Part shown: positions 29,299-40,655 of the stretch, in pieces | Position numbering within the stretch: position 1 is the first letter of the stretch | Layout: each line of letters opens with the position of its first letter | DNA from: an uncultured Gammaproteobacteria bacterium | GTDB lineage: Bacteria; Patescibacteriota; Microgenomatia; UBA10105; UBA927 | Length of the DNA stretch: 64,000 nt | NCBI GenBank assembly: GCA_964385705.1 | Contig: CAYLQG010000001.1 | Span: forward strand, 831 to 64,830 | Direction: 5' to 3' | Position numbers and translations under genes: made by a program | Notes under the pieces: generated by a model | Seen by the model: the letters and a program-made list of their open reading frames with translations, nothing else | Told to the model about the DNA's origin: nothing | Database searches by the model: none

Positions 29299-30308
29299 AG
29301 CGTGATTAATTTAACTTTTTCCACTTCCCTTTACGGTAAAGAGAGATCACCTTCGGGTAACGATTCAGAATTTGCGGTTATATTCCGTAACTCCTCATAA
29401 ATATTCGTTTGTTTAGGAAATGACCATGTATCCCCGCGGTGAGTAAACATAAGATAACCCGGATCTTCTTTTACACTTGGCTTATCTAAATTCCAAGAAT
29501 GCTGAGACCACGCTATCGCATTAGTCGAAACATGATATATACCATCTACACCCGGTGAATCAGGAAGTATCATGATTCTTTGTTGATCTTCCAATGTCAC
29601 CGTACCGTCATCCGTGATAGTACTGTATGCGACGGAGACTTTTCTTTGATCACGAAGTCTCTCTTCGATACGAAGCGGAGTATCGGGTTGTCCGATATGA
29701 AAATTATCTGAAAATGTTGTCACCTCCCGAGCGTGAGAGAAATCACCCTGAGCATCGTTGTAATATCGTACAATCCTCACCGTATGAAATTCTCTTCCGG
29801 TCGGACCCGTTAATACATCGAAATTAAAAGATCCGTCATTTGTCGGCACTTGAATCTTTGGATGAAGACCGAGACCACAATTAATTTCATAATGCGGATG
29901 GACTTGGTGCGGTCGTGCGGGTAGTTCGATAAAAAATGAAGAACCCCGTACGAACCGACTTATGGCCGGATCAAGTCCGTTTGTGTCAATCGGACTTTGG
30001 CCATTCTTACCTCTCCGTTGATACATTTCTTCCAGAATACTCCCTTTAAATCCCAGAGCCCCTCCGATCTTTTCATCCAATCTCGCAAACAATGTGTAAG
30101 CAAGCCTGGCGACTTCCTGTTTATGAGGCTCTAAATCGTCAGACGGCTGAAAAAATTCCGGAATTGCTAAGGACCCTTGATCTGCATTATTCATGTATTC
30201 GTATTATAAACCATATTGTTTTCCAAATTCACTGGTTATAGTGTTCTTTCGGCTAAATGGTATGTCGCAAAGAATACAACGCATATTCATGAGGCGTGAT
30301 TAATATAA
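29291..30308. repeat. 24-bp imperfect direct repeat (29291-29314 and 30285-30308) flanking one gene
   Basis: ATTCATGAAGCGTGATTAATTTAA versus ATTCATGAGGCGTGATTAATATAA, 22/24 identical. Confidence 0.85.
29331..30194 (-). CDS. Hypothetical protein
   Basis: 287 aa ORF; TATAAT 8 nt before the ATG. Confidence 0.7.
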   Translation of the reverse strand: MNNADQGSLAIPEFFQPSDDLEPHKQEVARLAYTLFARLDEKIGGALGFKGSILEEMYQRRGKNGQSPIDTNGLDPAISRFVRGSSFFIELPARPHQVHPHYEINCGLGLHPKIQVPTNDGSFNFDVLTGPTGREFHTVRIVRYYNDAQGDFSHAREVTTFSDNFHIGQPDTPLRIEERLRDQRKVSVAYSTITDDGTVTLEDQQRIMILPDSPGVDGIYHVSTNAIAWSQHSWNLDKPSVKEDPGYLMFTHRGDTWSFPKQTNIYEELRNITANSESLPEGDLSLP

Positions 30309-30316
30309 TATTTCTT

Positions 30317-31285
30317 TCATTTTGATTGGCAATATTGCAATCCGATATTCCCGACCGTGACCCAATAGTCGTTTTCTTTTGTATGCATGTCTTTTACTGC
30401 CCTGGAATATTCCCCCTGCATTGCATACATGGCAAATACGGCTGTTATGAAGAGAGGCAACGCCTCATACTCAATCTTTGGCAATACCGGCGTATAGACT
30501 TTTTTTACCAAATCTAAGTATTGGGTAAAATGAGACGGATCGTTTTCATTAAAAAACATTCCGCATAATAGCACTGATAATTCCTGAAGCCTCGGTTTTC
30601 TGGCAGCCATAGAGTAATCAACAATATAGAGGTTTGCGTGGGAGTCCTTTATCACATTAGCGCGTATAATATCCCCATGGACTAATGCCTGAGTTAACGC
30701 AGATAGATTAATTAATGAGAACGGTTTGACAAAAGTATCAAGATACGATTGCGCTTCATGTGAGAGATATTGTCTTTTTAACGAATATTCATTCACAAAA
30801 TTAACAGGAGACCACTCATCGTAATAATCATCAGGAGTGATATCCAATGAATTTATTTTTGCCGCCTCCTGTATGAGTACTATTGCCTCTTCTTTTGTGG
30901 GACGGACTCCGAGATCATAAAAACTTTTTCCATCTATAAAATCCATGACGCAGTACCATACTGTTTCCTGTCCGTTTTTATAATTATGAAGGAATGAGCC
31001 TGCATTCTCATAGAGTTTTGGGTGACGTATTCCCCGGTCAACCACCTGAGTCAGTATATCGACATAGCGTTTGCAATTAGCATAGTCCCGGAACGAACCG
31101 AAGCATTTAACCAGATAAACAGAGGATTTCGTCTCAAGCCGTATATTTAAATCTTCATATCCGACCGTAATAATTGAATATTGTATAAACTCGCCCAATT
31201 GTAGAGCCTTCACCACGTGGGCAACGAATGTATCCAATGATCCAGAGTAAGGAATGCGTCGGATAAATTCTGAAGGATTATCCAT
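30317..31285 (-). CDS. APH / type II homoserine kinase-family phosphotransferase
   Basis: GYEDLN, YLVK, HGDIIRANV (Brenner motif), IVDY. Start uncertain (ATG 31285 or TTG 31300). Confidence 0.85.
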   Translation of the reverse strand: MDNPSEFIRRIPYSGSLDTFVAHVVKALQLGEFIQYSIITVGYEDLNIRLETKSSVYLVKCFGSFRDYANCKRYVDILTQVVDRGIRHPKLYENAGSFLHNYKNGQETVWYCVMDFIDGKSFYDLGVRPTKEEAIVLIQEAAKINSLDITPDDYYDEWSPVNFVNEYSLKRQYLSHEAQSYLDTFVKPFSLINLSALTQALVHGDIIRANVIKDSHANLYIVDYSMAARKPRLQELSVLLCGMFFNENDPSHFTQYLDLVKKVYTPVLPKIEYEALPLFITAVFAMYAMQGEYSRAVKDMHTKENDYWVTVGNIGLQYCQSK

Positions 31286-31372
31286 GGGATCGTTTTGCAA
31301 AATCAGGGGAGTTAATTTTTTGTGTTTTCATATGATGCCATTATAATACCGACTCAAAAAATCACATAATTA

Positions 31373-32839
31373 TCAGTTAAACGTATCCGGATTTTGAAGT
31401 ACTTTATACAGAATAGTACTCCCGATAACTTTGTACCGGGTAACAACCTGCGCCTTTTCCAAATTTTTCAGACCCGAAATAAACGGCTGCCTGTCAACAA
31501 GAAAATGCCGTGCGTCCCAATCGGGCGACAGATCAACAATAAGAAACTGCGAATTGCCGTACCACCGGAACCAATCACATACGTTTTGTCCGCACGGTGA
31601 ATCAACGGGAAATTTCCGCTCCTCCGGATATAGCGTATAAACAAATTCGCGATGACTCAGATGTGATGTAATATTATTCTGTGACACGACTGAGGCAGTT
31701 TTTGGTAAATATGAATCAATCATAGTATTTATATTTTTGACACCGGCGGGTTCGATCCAAAACCATTGTTTCGACAGGTAGCTCAAAGGCAGGTGCAGAG
31801 CATATTGGACAATAAGCGTACACACAATCAAATAGACGGCAACATAGCGTGAATTTAATTTTTTGAACCGTTGGATAGCCATGATCACCGCCCAGACGAG
31901 AAACGGAGTCAGGGTAATACGGTACTGGCCGAATAAACCCTGTGCGCCGGTAACACTGGTACCGAAAACAAAATATACGATTAAATCGCCAAGCGCAGGT
32001 AATAAATAAAGCGGCGACAAAAGGGGCAAAAAACCAAATGATAACAGTGAATACCAAATGACCTGGCGATTTTCCGACGAATCAATTAACTTAATGGGAT
32101 TCAGGTTGGCAAACATCCCCGCATTTGATGCAAACGGGTATTGCATATGCACGATATACGGAAAGTAAACAAAATAGATAAACAGAAGATACATGACGGA
32201 CATGATCATGAACCCGATAAAAAGTTTTCTTTTGCGCTGGACAAAGAAAACGAATGAGGTTAAAAAAGTAAGCGATGCGATATTTTCTTTCGCTGTCACG
32301 GATAATAAAATAAAAAGCATGGAGAGATCGGTTTTATTCTGATCTATAAAATAGATAAGCCACATGAGAAATGCCGCAGCAAAATCAGTACTGTGCACGT
32401 CCGCCCATATATCATTCTGCACGCCGTAAAAACCTAAATACCCGACCACGAGTGCAAGGCAAAGCCAGATGTTCAGATGTTTCTTTTTAGCTAACAGGTA
32501 GACTGCAATACCCGACAGGCACACGAACGCCGTCCTGACCAGAATGAGCATCCGCCTCGTGCTCCATATCCAATAAAACGGTGCGACAAGCGCGTAGATG
32601 AATTCAACGTGTTCGACGAGTTTCGGCTGCCCCGGATGTGGATTGATAGATGAGATGGGAGCGCGAAAATGACTGTACTCCCACACCACCTGATCGTTTA
32701 TGCCTAAATCAAATCCGAATGAACCATAGTGATTATACCGAACGATCGAGAGCGTACTGTACGCCGCAAAAAAAAGTAGGCAAATAATAATAGGAAAATA
32801 AATAGATTTAACAAACTGAGAGAGTTTTGTCCGAATCAT
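31373..32839 (-). CDS. DUF2079-like polytopic membrane protein (GT-C-like)
   Basis: FDLGINDQ, H.E, D.H and KE motifs in a multi-TM protein. Confidence 0.8.
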   Translation of the reverse strand: MIRTKLSQFVKSIYFPIIICLLFFAAYSTLSIVRYNHYGSFGFDLGINDQVVWEYSHFRAPISSINPHPGQPKLVEHVEFIYALVAPFYWIWSTRRMLILVRTAFVCLSGIAVYLLAKKKHLNIWLCLALVVGYLGFYGVQNDIWADVHSTDFAAAFLMWLIYFIDQNKTDLSMLFILLSVTAKENIASLTFLTSFVFFVQRKRKLFIGFMIMSVMYLLFIYFVYFPYIVHMQYPFASNAGMFANLNPIKLIDSSENRQVIWYSLLSFGFLPLLSPLYLLPALGDLIVYFVFGTSVTGAQGLFGQYRITLTPFLVWAVIMAIQRFKKLNSRYVAVYLIVCTLIVQYALHLPLSYLSKQWFWIEPAGVKNINTMIDSYLPKTASVVSQNNITSHLSHREFVYTLYPEERKFPVDSPCGQNVCDWFRWYGNSQFLIVDLSPDWDARHFLVDRQPFISGLKNLEKAQVVTRYKVIGSTILYKVLQNPDTFN

Positions 32840-32932
32840 TGTATTAGAACTTGCAGATTATCGATGGCGGCACTGGGCAAAGGTGCCCATACTAATTTAT
32901 ATATGGTATATCCTTATAATAAGCTGAAACTG

Positions 32933-33178
32933 TTACGTTTTCCAATTCCACCATTTGAGCTTTGCGGGTGAAGTATTTTTCGTTGAAGCATAATAAACCG
33001 CACACCGCATCACATACAACATACACCGGTCAATCTTAATCCCCTGCTTTTTACATAATTGCTCATACAAATCCTGCGGATTCTTATTTCGCAATTGGGT
33101 AACCGAATATATCCCGATCCCATTTAAATCGCTTGCGATGCTTTTCCCGACACCGGGGATAACTGTGAGAGGATTCAT
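32933..33178 (-). CDS. Small helix-hairpin-helix protein (Cdd1/mitomycin-resistance-like)
   Basis: IPGVGKSIA.DL, LYEQLC, DRCMLYVMRCAVYYA, WWNWK. Confidence 0.85.
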   Translation of the reverse strand: MNPLTVIPGVGKSIASDLNGIGIYSVTQLRNKNPQDLYEQLCKKQGIKIDRCMLYVMRCAVYYASTKNTSPAKLKWWNWKT

Positions 33179-33226
33179 AACAAGTATTATACAGAAATAA
33201 TTACATTACGTGCCCTAGCGGGCTTA

Positions 33227-36200
33227 CTAAAAGTGCACGTAGATAGAAAAGATGGTGGAGTCAAGTGTCGCACTTGGAAAATTAGCCGGCCAGCTCCCAA
33301 ACGCACGCTTTGCCCACGCAGCCACACCGGTTGAACCGGGGTTGAAATACATATTATTGAGATAATCGGTCGACGCAGTTCCATTCGTGTTATACATCAG
33401 CCAATAGGTTGTATTGGCGTTAAGGGACGCCGTAATGGGAAGCGTATTCCATGACAGCGGCGTTAATGTCCCCGTTTGCGTCGACGCAACCAACGTTTTT
33501 GGCTGACCATTGTTATCCGTATAAATTGCCATCTGATATTGATTATGAGACCCGGTATCAACGTTCCCGACAAATACAGACATGTTTGTCGTGGTCTTAT
33601 TCGTTCCACCCATCGTAAATTTTGTCCCATTCATATATCCGGAGTCTCCGGTATCGAGAAGCGCTCCCTTATTCGTATAGCCAAGCGTATTGGGAATCGG
33701 TGTCGGCGTGGGTAACGGTGTTGCTGTTGAAGAGCTTGCATAGACCAAATTATCCAAGTTCGTATTCCAGCTATTGGAACTTGTCACCGTAACAGTCGTA
33801 CAGGGCACGTTCCAATTCGTCACAAGTGTCGCCAAGCTATTGGGTGCCACCTGCGCGCTCACCGGGGGATTTCCATTACATGATAATGTAACCATGGCTG
33901 TCACATTGCTATTGCTGTAAATTTGCGAAGACTCAAGTACTTCAGGACTCACAAACGAGAACGTACCGCTCGTCACATTTGATGAATGAAACGAAATGCT
34001 ATTCGTGTTGTCTGTGGCTATGGCACCATCAACATCCCATACGTTTGTCCCCCAGTTAATTCCTGAATAGGTGCCATTGAGTTGTGTATTTGCCGTTCTG
34101 TCGTTAAACGTTACTGTCATTGTTGGAACCGGTGTTGGCGTCGGAGTTGGCGTTGGACTTGGTGTCGGTGACGGTGTGGGAGTTGGCGTTGGAGTAGGCG
34201 TCGGACTTGAGGTCGGTGTAGGAGTTGGCTCTACATACGTATTGCCGGTCTTTGAGCACCAAACTTTGGGAGAATTGCCATACGAAGCACCATAAATAAC
34301 AACCTCAATATTATTCACGTCATAAGGCTTAACATAATTATCTAATTTAAATTTGCTTACATAAGTTCCGTTCCAAGAAATGAGGCTAAAGAATGTGTAG
34401 TTAATGCCTGTTGATGTGAAACCCCAATTATCGAGATATGGCGCCCAATCCCATGGATTCCAGTTTTGAATGGCAAAGTCCTGCAAGTTTTCATTATCGT
34501 AATTGATAAAGGAACCGGAAAACGCGCCACCACTCCCAAGTTCTCCTAAAGAATTAGTTTTGTACAAAAGGTCGTAATAATAACGGCGGAAGCCATAATC
34601 ACCGGTTCCGGTGGTATCAATGGTAAATGTATTTTCCCACGTGTAATCATTTAGTTTCGTGGTTTGTATATCAACCGAGCATGTGTCACCCGGCACAGGC
34701 GTCGGAGTCGGAGTAGGACTCGGTGATGGGGTCGGAGTTGGTGTGGGCGTCGGAGTAACATTATTGCTGTACGGACATCCATCGGGCGGCGTTGTCAAAA
34801 ACGATGAATAATTTACGTTGGTGCTTACTGAATCACCGGAACCGCTACCCGCTCCCGAAGGCCCATCAACAGCGCCCCACCAATTCCCCGTGGCTGTTTG
34901 CACATTGGAATCGTCGTTGGTAAAACTTGTGTTACTGTTGCCTACCACGCAACTCGCTGTCACATTCACCGTGCCACTTGATTGGTTATAAACCCCACCG
35001 CTGTTGGCTGCCGTATTAGTCAGGATGCGGCTATCAGTAATAGTTGTTGTGCTTCCCTCCCAGTTATAGATGCCACCACCCCAACTGGCTGCATTATTTC
35101 CGGCACCTTCCCCGCCAATAACGCTGCCATTTTGAACATGTAATATTGATGCATTGAAAATACCTCCCCCTCCAGTGGGTGGGTTTGGATTTAACGCTGA
35201 ATTGTCACTAACCGTACTGGCATCAATGGTAGTCGTACCAAAGTTGATGATGCCACCCCCATATCCAGCTGAATTACCAGCGCCTATCCCGCCGATGACG
35301 CTACCATTTCGGACTATTAGTGTCGCTTCATTAGCAATACCTCCCCCGCCATAGCTTGCCACATTTGAACTGACAGTACTTGCGTCGATTGTTACCGTAC
35401 CACCATGGGTATTGAAAATACCTCCGCCGCCGCCAGGATAACCTAGCGTTGTCGTGTTGCCCGCTCCCAACCCGCCAATAACACTGCCATTTTGAATATT
35501 CACCGTACCACCATCGTTAAGAATCCCTCCGCCGCCAGCGTATTCATTTACCCCATAATTTGCACTTATAGTACTAGCGTCAATCGTCGCAAAAGAACCA
35601 GGACTATTGTAAATGCCACCAGCCCCCCCGCCGCCAACATTACCATGACCAGCGCCGCCAATTAAACTGCCGTTTTGTACCATTAATGTGCCGCCATTGT
35701 ATATGCCTCCGCCATCACTAGCATACGTCGCCACTATGTTGTCACTGACAGTGACTCTGTCGAGGGTGAGCGTCCCACCATTAAAGATACCACCTCCATA
35801 GATTGGCACAGCCGTGCAGGATCCATCACACATGCCGTTACGAATTTTTAAACCAGCAAGGGTCACATTTACACCGTTCACTATCTTCATTACGCGGTAA
35901 TGGACTATATTCCGATCCGCATCCGCTTGTATTATGGAGGCTTCCGCTCCTGCTCCATTGATCGTAAGATCGCTGGTGATAGAGAGCTCACTTCCCAAGC
36001 TCAACGTATATGTTCCAGCTGGCAACGAAATGCTATCCGATCCGGCAAGAGCATTTGCCTCTTCGATAGCCGCCCGAAGTGAACAGGATCCGTCCGCATC
36101 TGCACAGATTCCATCGCCAACACTGGCATCGTGAGTGTCGTTTGTGGTATTAACGGTAAGCGAGGCAGCGAAGACCGAACGAATTGGGATAAAAAATATC

Positions 36201-36232
36201 ATTAGGACTATAAGAAATAGTAGTTTTCTCAC
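33227..36232 (-). CDS. Large secreted surface protein: CSLREA domain, Pmp-like beta-helix repeats, PT linkers, C-terminal beta domains
   Basis: Signal peptide; [11 protein letters not shown]; repeated GGGIxN; NWWG; three PT-rich tracts. GTG start inferred from the paralog. Confidence 0.85.
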   Translation of the reverse strand: MRKLLFLIVLMIFFIPIRSVFAASLTVNTTNDTHDASVGDGICADADGSCSLRAAIEEANALAGSDSISLPAGTYTLSLGSELSITSDLTINGAGAEASIIQADADRNIVHYRVMKIVNGVNVTLAGLKIRNGMCDGSCTAVPIYGGGIFNGGTLTLDRVTVSDNIVATYASDGGGIYNGGTLMVQNGSLIGGAGHGNVGGGGAGGIYNSPGSFATIDASTISANYGVNEYAGGGGILNDGGTVNIQNGSVIGGLGAGNTTTLGYPGGGGGIFNTHGGTVTIDASTVSSNVASYGGGGIANEATLIVRNGSVIGGIGAGNSAGYGGGIINFGTTTIDASTVSDNSALNPNPPTGGGGIFNASILHVQNGSVIGGEGAGNNAASWGGGIYNWEGSTTTITDSRILTNTAANSGGVYNQSSGTVNVTASCVVGNSNTSFTNDDSNVQTATGNWWGAVDGPSGAGSGSGDSVSTNVNYSSFLTTPPDGCPYSNNVTPTPTPTPTPSPSPTPTPTPVPGDTCSVDIQTTKLNDYTWENTFTIDTTGTGDYGFRRYYYDLLYKTNSLGELGSGGAFSGSFINYDNENLQDFAIQNWNPWDWAPYLDNWGFTSTGINYTFFSLISWNGTYVSKFKLDNYVKPYDVNNIEVVIYGASYGNSPKVWCSKTGNTYVEPTPTPTSSPTPTPTPTPTPSPTPSPTPTPTPTPVPTMTVTFNDRTANTQLNGTYSGINWGTNVWDVDGAIATDNTNSISFHSSNVTSGTFSFVSPEVLESSQIYSNSNVTAMVTLSCNGNPPVSAQVAPNSLATLVTNWNVPCTTVTVTSSNSWNTNLDNLVYASSSTATPLPTPTPIPNTLGYTNKGALLDTGDSGYMNGTKFTMGGTNKTTTNMSVFVGNVDTGSHNQYQMAIYTDNNGQPKTLVASTQTGTLTPLSWNTLPITASLNANTTYWLMYNTNGTASTDYLNNMYFNPGSTGVAAWAKRAFGSWPANFPSATLDSTIFSIYVHF

Positions 36233-36313
36233 ATTTAGTTTCATACTATACATACAAGAATTCTCTTGTCAAAAGCATTCATCGAACAGTTAATGGTATT
36301 AAAGTGTTTTTCT

Positions 36314-38359
36314 TTACAATGTTTTCGTCCACGTACCGAACGGCCTGAATGGACTGCATTTGGCACCGGGGTCGACATCGATCGTCTGTTTGGGACCGGC
36401 ACCCACACTTGTGCCAAGAACCGACGCGTTAAGCAAATAATAATTATTTGAAATCGAATTGATGGTTGCTCCAAAATGGCTGTTTGCCTGAGTATCGTTA
36501 AACCAAAGTCGTGCTGTTTTCCCATTGTTTTTGGAACCTACACAGGCGTTGCGAACGGATACTGTGATACGTAAGAGTGAACCCGACGGCATATTGACCG
36601 GGGAAAAGGAATTAAATGAAATGGTATTTAAATTCGCATTATCTAACCCGGCTCCACCGGAATCCACGCTATCAAGTTCACCTGAGGAAATGAGGGCGCT
36701 TCCTTTGTATGCCTGGGCTAAGAAATCATATTTAATCCCTTTATCCTGACTGTTTTGAAGTCCCACCCAAACCTGCGCAGGAGCAAGAGACGTCAATTGC
36801 GGTATGGGTGTCGGAGTCGGCGTCGGGCTGGGCGTCGGTGATGGGGTTGGAGTAGGCGTCGGACTTGGGGTCGGTGTAGGCGTTAATGTAGGAGTCGGTG
36901 TTACTGTGGGCGTTGGAGTCGGGGTCACATTATTGCTATACGGACAGCCTTCGGGCGGCGTCGTCAAAAATGGCTGATATGTTATCCCGCTACTTACCGC
37001 ATCTCCTGACCCGGAACCTGATCCAGAAGGCCCATCTGACGAACCCCACCAGTTATTTGTAGCATTTAAGAGAGACAAACCCGACTCTGCGTATAAAGCA
37101 TCTAGGGTGTTGCCAACAAAACAGCTGTTATTGATGGAAAAATTTGTTAATCCATTTGAGTAAGGATTATTGTGTACCCACACACCACCCAAGTTCGGCG
37201 CGGAATTATTTAAAAACTTCGTCCCGCTTATATTTATTGTCCCATTATCTTCGATCCATATCGCTCCACCCCGATCTGTAGCTGTATTATCCGATATTTC
37301 ACTATCTGTTATCGTTAATGTATCTGCCGGACTAAAGCCAACATTAATGGCGCCTCCTTGATTTGCAGTGTTACCGGTAATGCGTGTTCTATTTATAGAT
37401 ACATTCGTCAATATACTCGGACCATCGCCTATTAATGCAATTGCTCCGCCTATCATAGATGTGTTGTCTGAAATAATGCTATCGGTGATATTCAACGTCG
37501 ATCCTTCCACCCACATCGCACCACCAGTAAGAACATTACCCCCATTGTACGTACCATTCGAATTGTGATTTATGGTTGTATTGCTTATTGTTACAGTACT
37601 GCCGCCTATAAACATTGCACCCCCATAAGATGTGCCACCTACGTTATCGTGAATCCTACTATTGTTGATAGTGGCGGTACTACCGTAAATCACTTTTACC
37701 TGCACGCCGGAATTGTTGAAAAAATCACTGTTCGTAATTGTCGTATTCCCCCCTACGGCAACAAATGTATCCCTTCGGTTGTTTTCAAAAGTTGAACCTG
37801 AAACGGTTGTATTACCACCGGTATTGATAGCGCCTCCGCCGATTTCGTCATTCCCATAATTTGCATTAAATTCTGCCCCAGAAACCGTTAAGGTACCGAC
37901 ACTCTGTATCGCTATAAAATTATTTACAAACGTACATCCGTTCACCACCAGCGTTCCCGAGTTAGAAACAGCGCCACCTGATAGATCGCCGTTTGCCACA
38001 GTGAGATTATTAAGAGTCAATGCACCAGCAGCAGTTGTAAGAAATAGTCGAAAATCCGGCGCCATCGTATCCCGTTGTATCGTGGCACCATTACCATTTA
38101 TGGTAATATCACTGGTTATTAGAGGCAAACCCATATATGTGCCTCCATAAACAATATTGACAGTGTTCAAAGTATATGTGCCTCCCGAAGCCAGTTCGAT
38201 CGTATCCGGTCCGGGATAATTTGTTTCATCATTCGCGTTATTGATTGCGGTAATGAGCCCGGCTGTATCCCCGTCGGCGACAGTGAAGGTAGCGGCGAAG
38301 ACAGAACGATAAGGAATAAGGAAGAAGACAAGGAGGATGAGATAAAAAAGTTTTCTCAC
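36314..38359 (-). CDS. Paralogous secreted surface protein with Pmp-like GGAI/FxxN repeats and a PT linker
   Basis: Signal peptide ...RSVFAA; GGAI repeats; NNWWG..DGPSG block shared with the neighbour. Confidence 0.85.
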   Translation of the reverse strand: MRKLFYLILLVFFLIPYRSVFAATFTVADGDTAGLITAINNANDETNYPGPDTIELASGGTYTLNTVNIVYGGTYMGLPLITSDITINGNGATIQRDTMAPDFRLFLTTAAGALTLNNLTVANGDLSGGAVSNSGTLVVNGCTFVNNFIAIQSVGTLTVSGAEFNANYGNDEIGGGAINTGGNTTVSGSTFENNRRDTFVAVGGNTTITNSDFFNNSGVQVKVIYGSTATINNSRIHDNVGGTSYGGAMFIGGSTVTISNTTINHNSNGTYNGGNVLTGGAMWVEGSTLNITDSIISDNTSMIGGAIALIGDGPSILTNVSINRTRITGNTANQGGAINVGFSPADTLTITDSEISDNTATDRGGAIWIEDNGTINISGTKFLNNSAPNLGGVWVHNNPYSNGLTNFSINNSCFVGNTLDALYAESGLSLLNATNNWWGSSDGPSGSGSGSGDAVSSGITYQPFLTTPPEGCPYSNNVTPTPTPTVTPTPTLTPTPTPSPTPTPTPSPTPSPTPTPTPIPQLTSLAPAQVWVGLQNSQDKGIKYDFLAQAYKGSALISSGELDSVDSGGAGLDNANLNTISFNSFSPVNMPSGSLLRITVSVRNACVGSKNNGKTARLWFNDTQANSHFGATINSISNNYYLLNASVLGTSVGAGPKQTIDVDPGAKCSPFRPFGTWTKTL

Positions 38360-38471
38360 AATACACTCTCATCCTTGCAAGAATAACACCGCTTGTCAAT
38401 AGTTGGGGTTTAACTATTGATATTTTGTAAAAGATGATTTACGTTAATAAAGTACAATAATTTGCACAAAT

Positions 38472-38555
38472 AGTTTGGGGGTGTCCCGATTATTTATCGA
38501 GGACTGAGATTATACCCATACAACCTGATCTGGATAATGCCAGCGAAGGGAAACA
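38472..38555 (+). ncRNA. TPP riboswitch
   Basis: GGGGGUGUCC...CUGAGA..AUACCC..AACCUGAUCUGGAUAAUGCCAGCGAAGGGA matches the TPP consensus; lies upstream of thiamine transport genes. Confidence 0.95.
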
Positions 38556-38561
38556 TTATAT

Positions 38562-38588
38562 AACTGTTCCCTCGGGGAGCAGTTTTTT
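38562..38588 (+). terminator. Intrinsic terminator (TPP riboswitch expression platform)
   Basis: AACUGUUCC-CUCGG-GGAGCAGUU followed by a U tract. Confidence 0.85.
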
Positions 38589-38613
38589 ATGGTTTATTGA
38601 GAGGAGAACCAAT

Positions 38614-38913
38614 ATGGTAACAGCAAGTGTGGCTTTTCAGGTCATGCCGAAAGTTCCGGATCGGCGTGACAGTATTCCTGTCATTGATAAGGCGATTGAG
38701 ATAGTGAAACAATCGGGAGTTGTCTATGAGGTGGGACCAATGGAGACCACTATGGAAGGAGAACTCGATACCCTTATTGGGATTGTAAAAAAATCGATTC
38801 AGGCGTGTGTGGATGATGGAGCACAGTCCGTTTTCACTAATATAAAGGTTCTTTACAATCCGAAAGGAATCATGACCATCAATGAAAAAGTTACAAAGCA
38901 TCGTTCAAAATAA
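38614..38913 (+). CDS. Thiamine-binding protein (MTH1187/YkoF family)
   Basis: IDKAIE, YEVGPMETTMEGE, MTINEKV; SD GAGGAG. Confidence 0.9.
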   Translation: MVTASVAFQVMPKVPDRRDSIPVIDKAIEIVKQSGVVYEVGPMETTMEGELDTLIGIVKKSIQACVDDGAQSVFTNIKVLYNPKGIMTINEKVTKHRSK

Positions 38914-39667
38914 CTCATTATCAACACTCGCCATACTGGGCTTCCTTATTACATGGGAAATCGGGGTTGACGTTACCCATGTGCAAAAATGGTTTTTGCC
39001 AAGTCCCACAGCGATTGGTATAGCTTTATGGGTATCGAGAGTACTGCTTCTCCAGCACACTATTGTGACTGCGTTTGAGGCTATTCTTGGTCTATCCATC
39101 GCAACACTCATTGGTTTTTTACTTGGGTGCGCTCTGGAGTATTCACGTCTTTTCAAAAAAATGGTACTCCCCTTTATCATTATTTCACAGACAATTCCAT
39201 TTCTCGTATTAGCTCCACTATTGGTCATATGGTTTGGATACGGGTTGACGTCCAAAATACTTGTCATCTCCCTTGTGTGTTTCTATCCGGTCACGATATC
39301 AGTGATAGATGGGTTTAACATGATTGACCGGGATTTACTGCGTCTTTTAGATTCTTTAGGAGCCACAAAAAAACAAGTATTTCAATTCGTAAAATTCCCG
39401 GCCGTGTTGCCATCCTTTTTTTCCGGATTGAAAATTGCAGGAACGTACAGCATTATCGGTGCGGTCATCAGCGAATGGATCGGCGCAGATAAAGGTCTGG
39501 GGATTTTTTTAGTGAGATCATCGAAGTCGTACCTCACTGATCGGGTTTTTGCAATTATGTTTGTCATTGCAATATTGAGTTTAGCACTTATTTCCACAAC
39601 TGAATTGATACGTCGTGTAAGTATTCCCTGGTTTTATCAAAAAACAGGAGGCATCTGTGTCAAATAA
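38882..39667 (+). CDS. ABC permease, ThiX/SsuC-like
   Basis: LPSP, SQTIP..APLL..WFGYG, EWIGA..GLG. Confidence 0.9.
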   Translation: MKKLQSIVQNNSLSTLAILGFLITWEIGVDVTHVQKWFLPSPTAIGIALWVSRVLLLQHTIVTAFEAILGLSIATLIGFLLGCALEYSRLFKKMVLPFIIISQTIPFLVLAPLLVIWFGYGLTSKILVISLVCFYPVTISVIDGFNMIDRDLLRLLDSLGATKKQVFQFVKFPAVLPSFFSGLKIAGTYSIIGAVISEWIGADKGLGIFLVRSSKSYLTDRVFAIMFVIAILSLALISTTELIRRVSIPWFYQKTGGICVK

Positions 39668-40655
39668 GAAAAAGATTTTTACCGGCATTTGCGTTAGTCT
39701 TTTATTTTTCGGATTTTTTATATTCCTGAAAAATATTTCAAAAAAAATTTCGGGCAATCCAAATACAAAAGTTACTGTTATTCTCGATTGGTCCCCCAAT
39801 ACAAATCATACGGGTATATATGTAGCAAAGGAAAAAGGATATTTTGCGAAAGAACATCTCGATGTGCAAATTCTGCAACAGGCAGATGATGCCACTGAAG
39901 CCGTTGCGACCGGAAAAATTGATTTTGCAATAAGCAGCCAGGAATCTGTAACGGAAGCGAGGGTTAAAGATATACCAATTGTTTCCGTAGCCGCAATTAT
40001 CCAACATAACACGTCTGCTTTTGCGTCACTTGCAAGTACTCATATAATCACTGTCCGCGATTTTGAGGGAAAGCGATACGGCGGCTGGGGATCGCCGATT
40101 GAAGAAGCCGTCTTAACGGCTGTGATGCAGGATGCACGGGCACAATATAGCAACGTAAAAAATATCACAATCGGTACGACCGATTTTTTTAACTCCATCG
40201 GCCGCGACGCTGACTTTGAATGGATATTTTACGGATGGGATGGCATAGAAGCCAAGCGAAGGGGAATCGCAATTAACACAATCATGCTCAAGGATTTAAA
40301 TCCGATTCTCGATTATTACACTCCGGTCATTATTACAAACGAACAGCATGTAAAAGAACAAAAAGAATTGGTAACAAAATTTATGAATGCGGTAAGTGAG
40401 GGGTATACGTTTTCCATTCATAATCCGGATGAGGCGGGCCGCATTCTTTTGAGGGATGCACCTGAGTTGAATGCTGATCTGGTGCATCAAAGTCAAGCGT
40501 GGTTAAGTCCCCGATATCAGGCGGACACAGATCACTGGGGAGAGCAAAAAGCGCAAGTGTGGCAGCGATACGCCCAATGGATGTTTGACAAAAAACTTAT
40601 TGAAAAAATGATTACTGTGAATGACGCATTTACCAATGAATTTCTTCCAAAATAA
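39657..40655 (+). CDS. ABC substrate-binding protein, NMT1/THI5 (ThiY-like)
   Basis: LDWSPNTNHTG, QHNTS, YGGWGSP, FYGWDG, DYYTP; N-terminal TM anchor. Confidence 0.92.
   Translation: MSNKKKIFTGICVSLLFFGFFIFLKNISKKISGNPNTKVTVILDWSPNTNHTGIYVAKEKGYFAKEHLDVQILQQADDATEAVATGKIDFAISSQESVTEARVKDIPIVSVAAIIQHNTSAFASLASTHIITVRDFEGKRYGGWGSPIEEAVLTAVMQDARAQYSNVKNITIGTTDFFNSIGRDADFEWIFYGWDGIEAKRRGIAINTIMLKDLNPILDYYTPVIITNEQHVKEQKELVTKFMNAVSEGYTFSIHNPDEAGRILLRDAPELNADLVHQSQAWLSPRYQADTDHWGEQKAQVWQRYAQWMFDKKLIEKMITVNDAFTNEFLPK

Noticed and set aside
34120-36930. Tandem GTCGGAGT/GTTGG-type repeats
   Set aside because: They encode Pro-Thr linkers inside the surface proteins and are not a CRISPR or DNA repeat element.
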